Source of the DNA: Azolla caroliniana | Taxonomy: Eukaryota > Plantae > Polypodiophyta | Length of the DNA stretch: 64,000 nt | Direction of reading: 5' to 3' | NCBI GenBank assembly: GCA_043228905.1 | Contig: JBHGNT010000001.1 | Coordinates: forward strand, 20,708,001-20,772,000 | Shown here: in pieces, positions 63,743-64,000 of the stretch | How the letters are laid out: each line of letters opens with the position of its first letter | Position numbering within the stretch: the stretch's first letter is position 1 | Made by a program: the position numbers and the translations under genes | Notes under the pieces: model-generated | The model's database searches: none | Told to the model about the DNA's origin: nothing | The model's input: only the letters and a program-made list of their open reading frames with translations

Positions 63743-64000
63743 AAAAATAGGCCACCATGAAGAAGAGTGCCGAAAGAAGAAGCGTGAGTCGGCTTCCACA
63801 AGTCGACAACTCACCAATTACGCCCCCAATTCCGACTATGAAGATCATGGTGGAATGTTTGTAATGAGACATAGAGCAAATTCTATGTTGGCGTCTACTT
63901 CGACTAATGCCTCCAATTCGGAAGATGTATGGTTCGTCGATTCCGGTGCTTCAAACCATATGACATCCCATCAAGAATGGTTCAAAGACCTTCGAGAGCC
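63743..64000 (+). mobile_element. Resumption of the 45063 Copia gag/protease
   Basis: 'KIGHHEEEC...EDVWFVDSGASNHMTSHQEWF'. Confidence 0.92.

Overview
Eukaryotic land-plant DNA, probably a seed-free plant (inferred from the retroelement lineages), dominated by nested LTR retrotransposons. One intact host gene is present: a 9-exon, minus-strand DUF616/MUCI70-type glycosyltransferase (28748..21764, 637 aa) with a hAT MITE in intron 7. Mobile content includes a very young intact Ty1/Copia element (33488..39069), several degenerate Copia and Ty3/Gypsy copies, a 5'-truncated LINE and a five-level nest from about 44.3 kb to the end. The nest contains three related tRNA-Trp-primed Gypsy elements with 4-bp NCGN target duplications. 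The most unexpected signal is missed by the ORF track: a spliced, 5'-truncated, pseudogenised prokaryote-type beta-class DNA amino-methyltransferase (N4C/N6A) at 42470..43357. Also notable are antisense tRNA-like Pol III modules inside the LTRs of three different Gypsy elements, a candidate GGAUUUU -1 frameshift between protease and RT, a young Gag-only element, and two inverted retroelement structures. All calls come from manual reading; no database searches were run.
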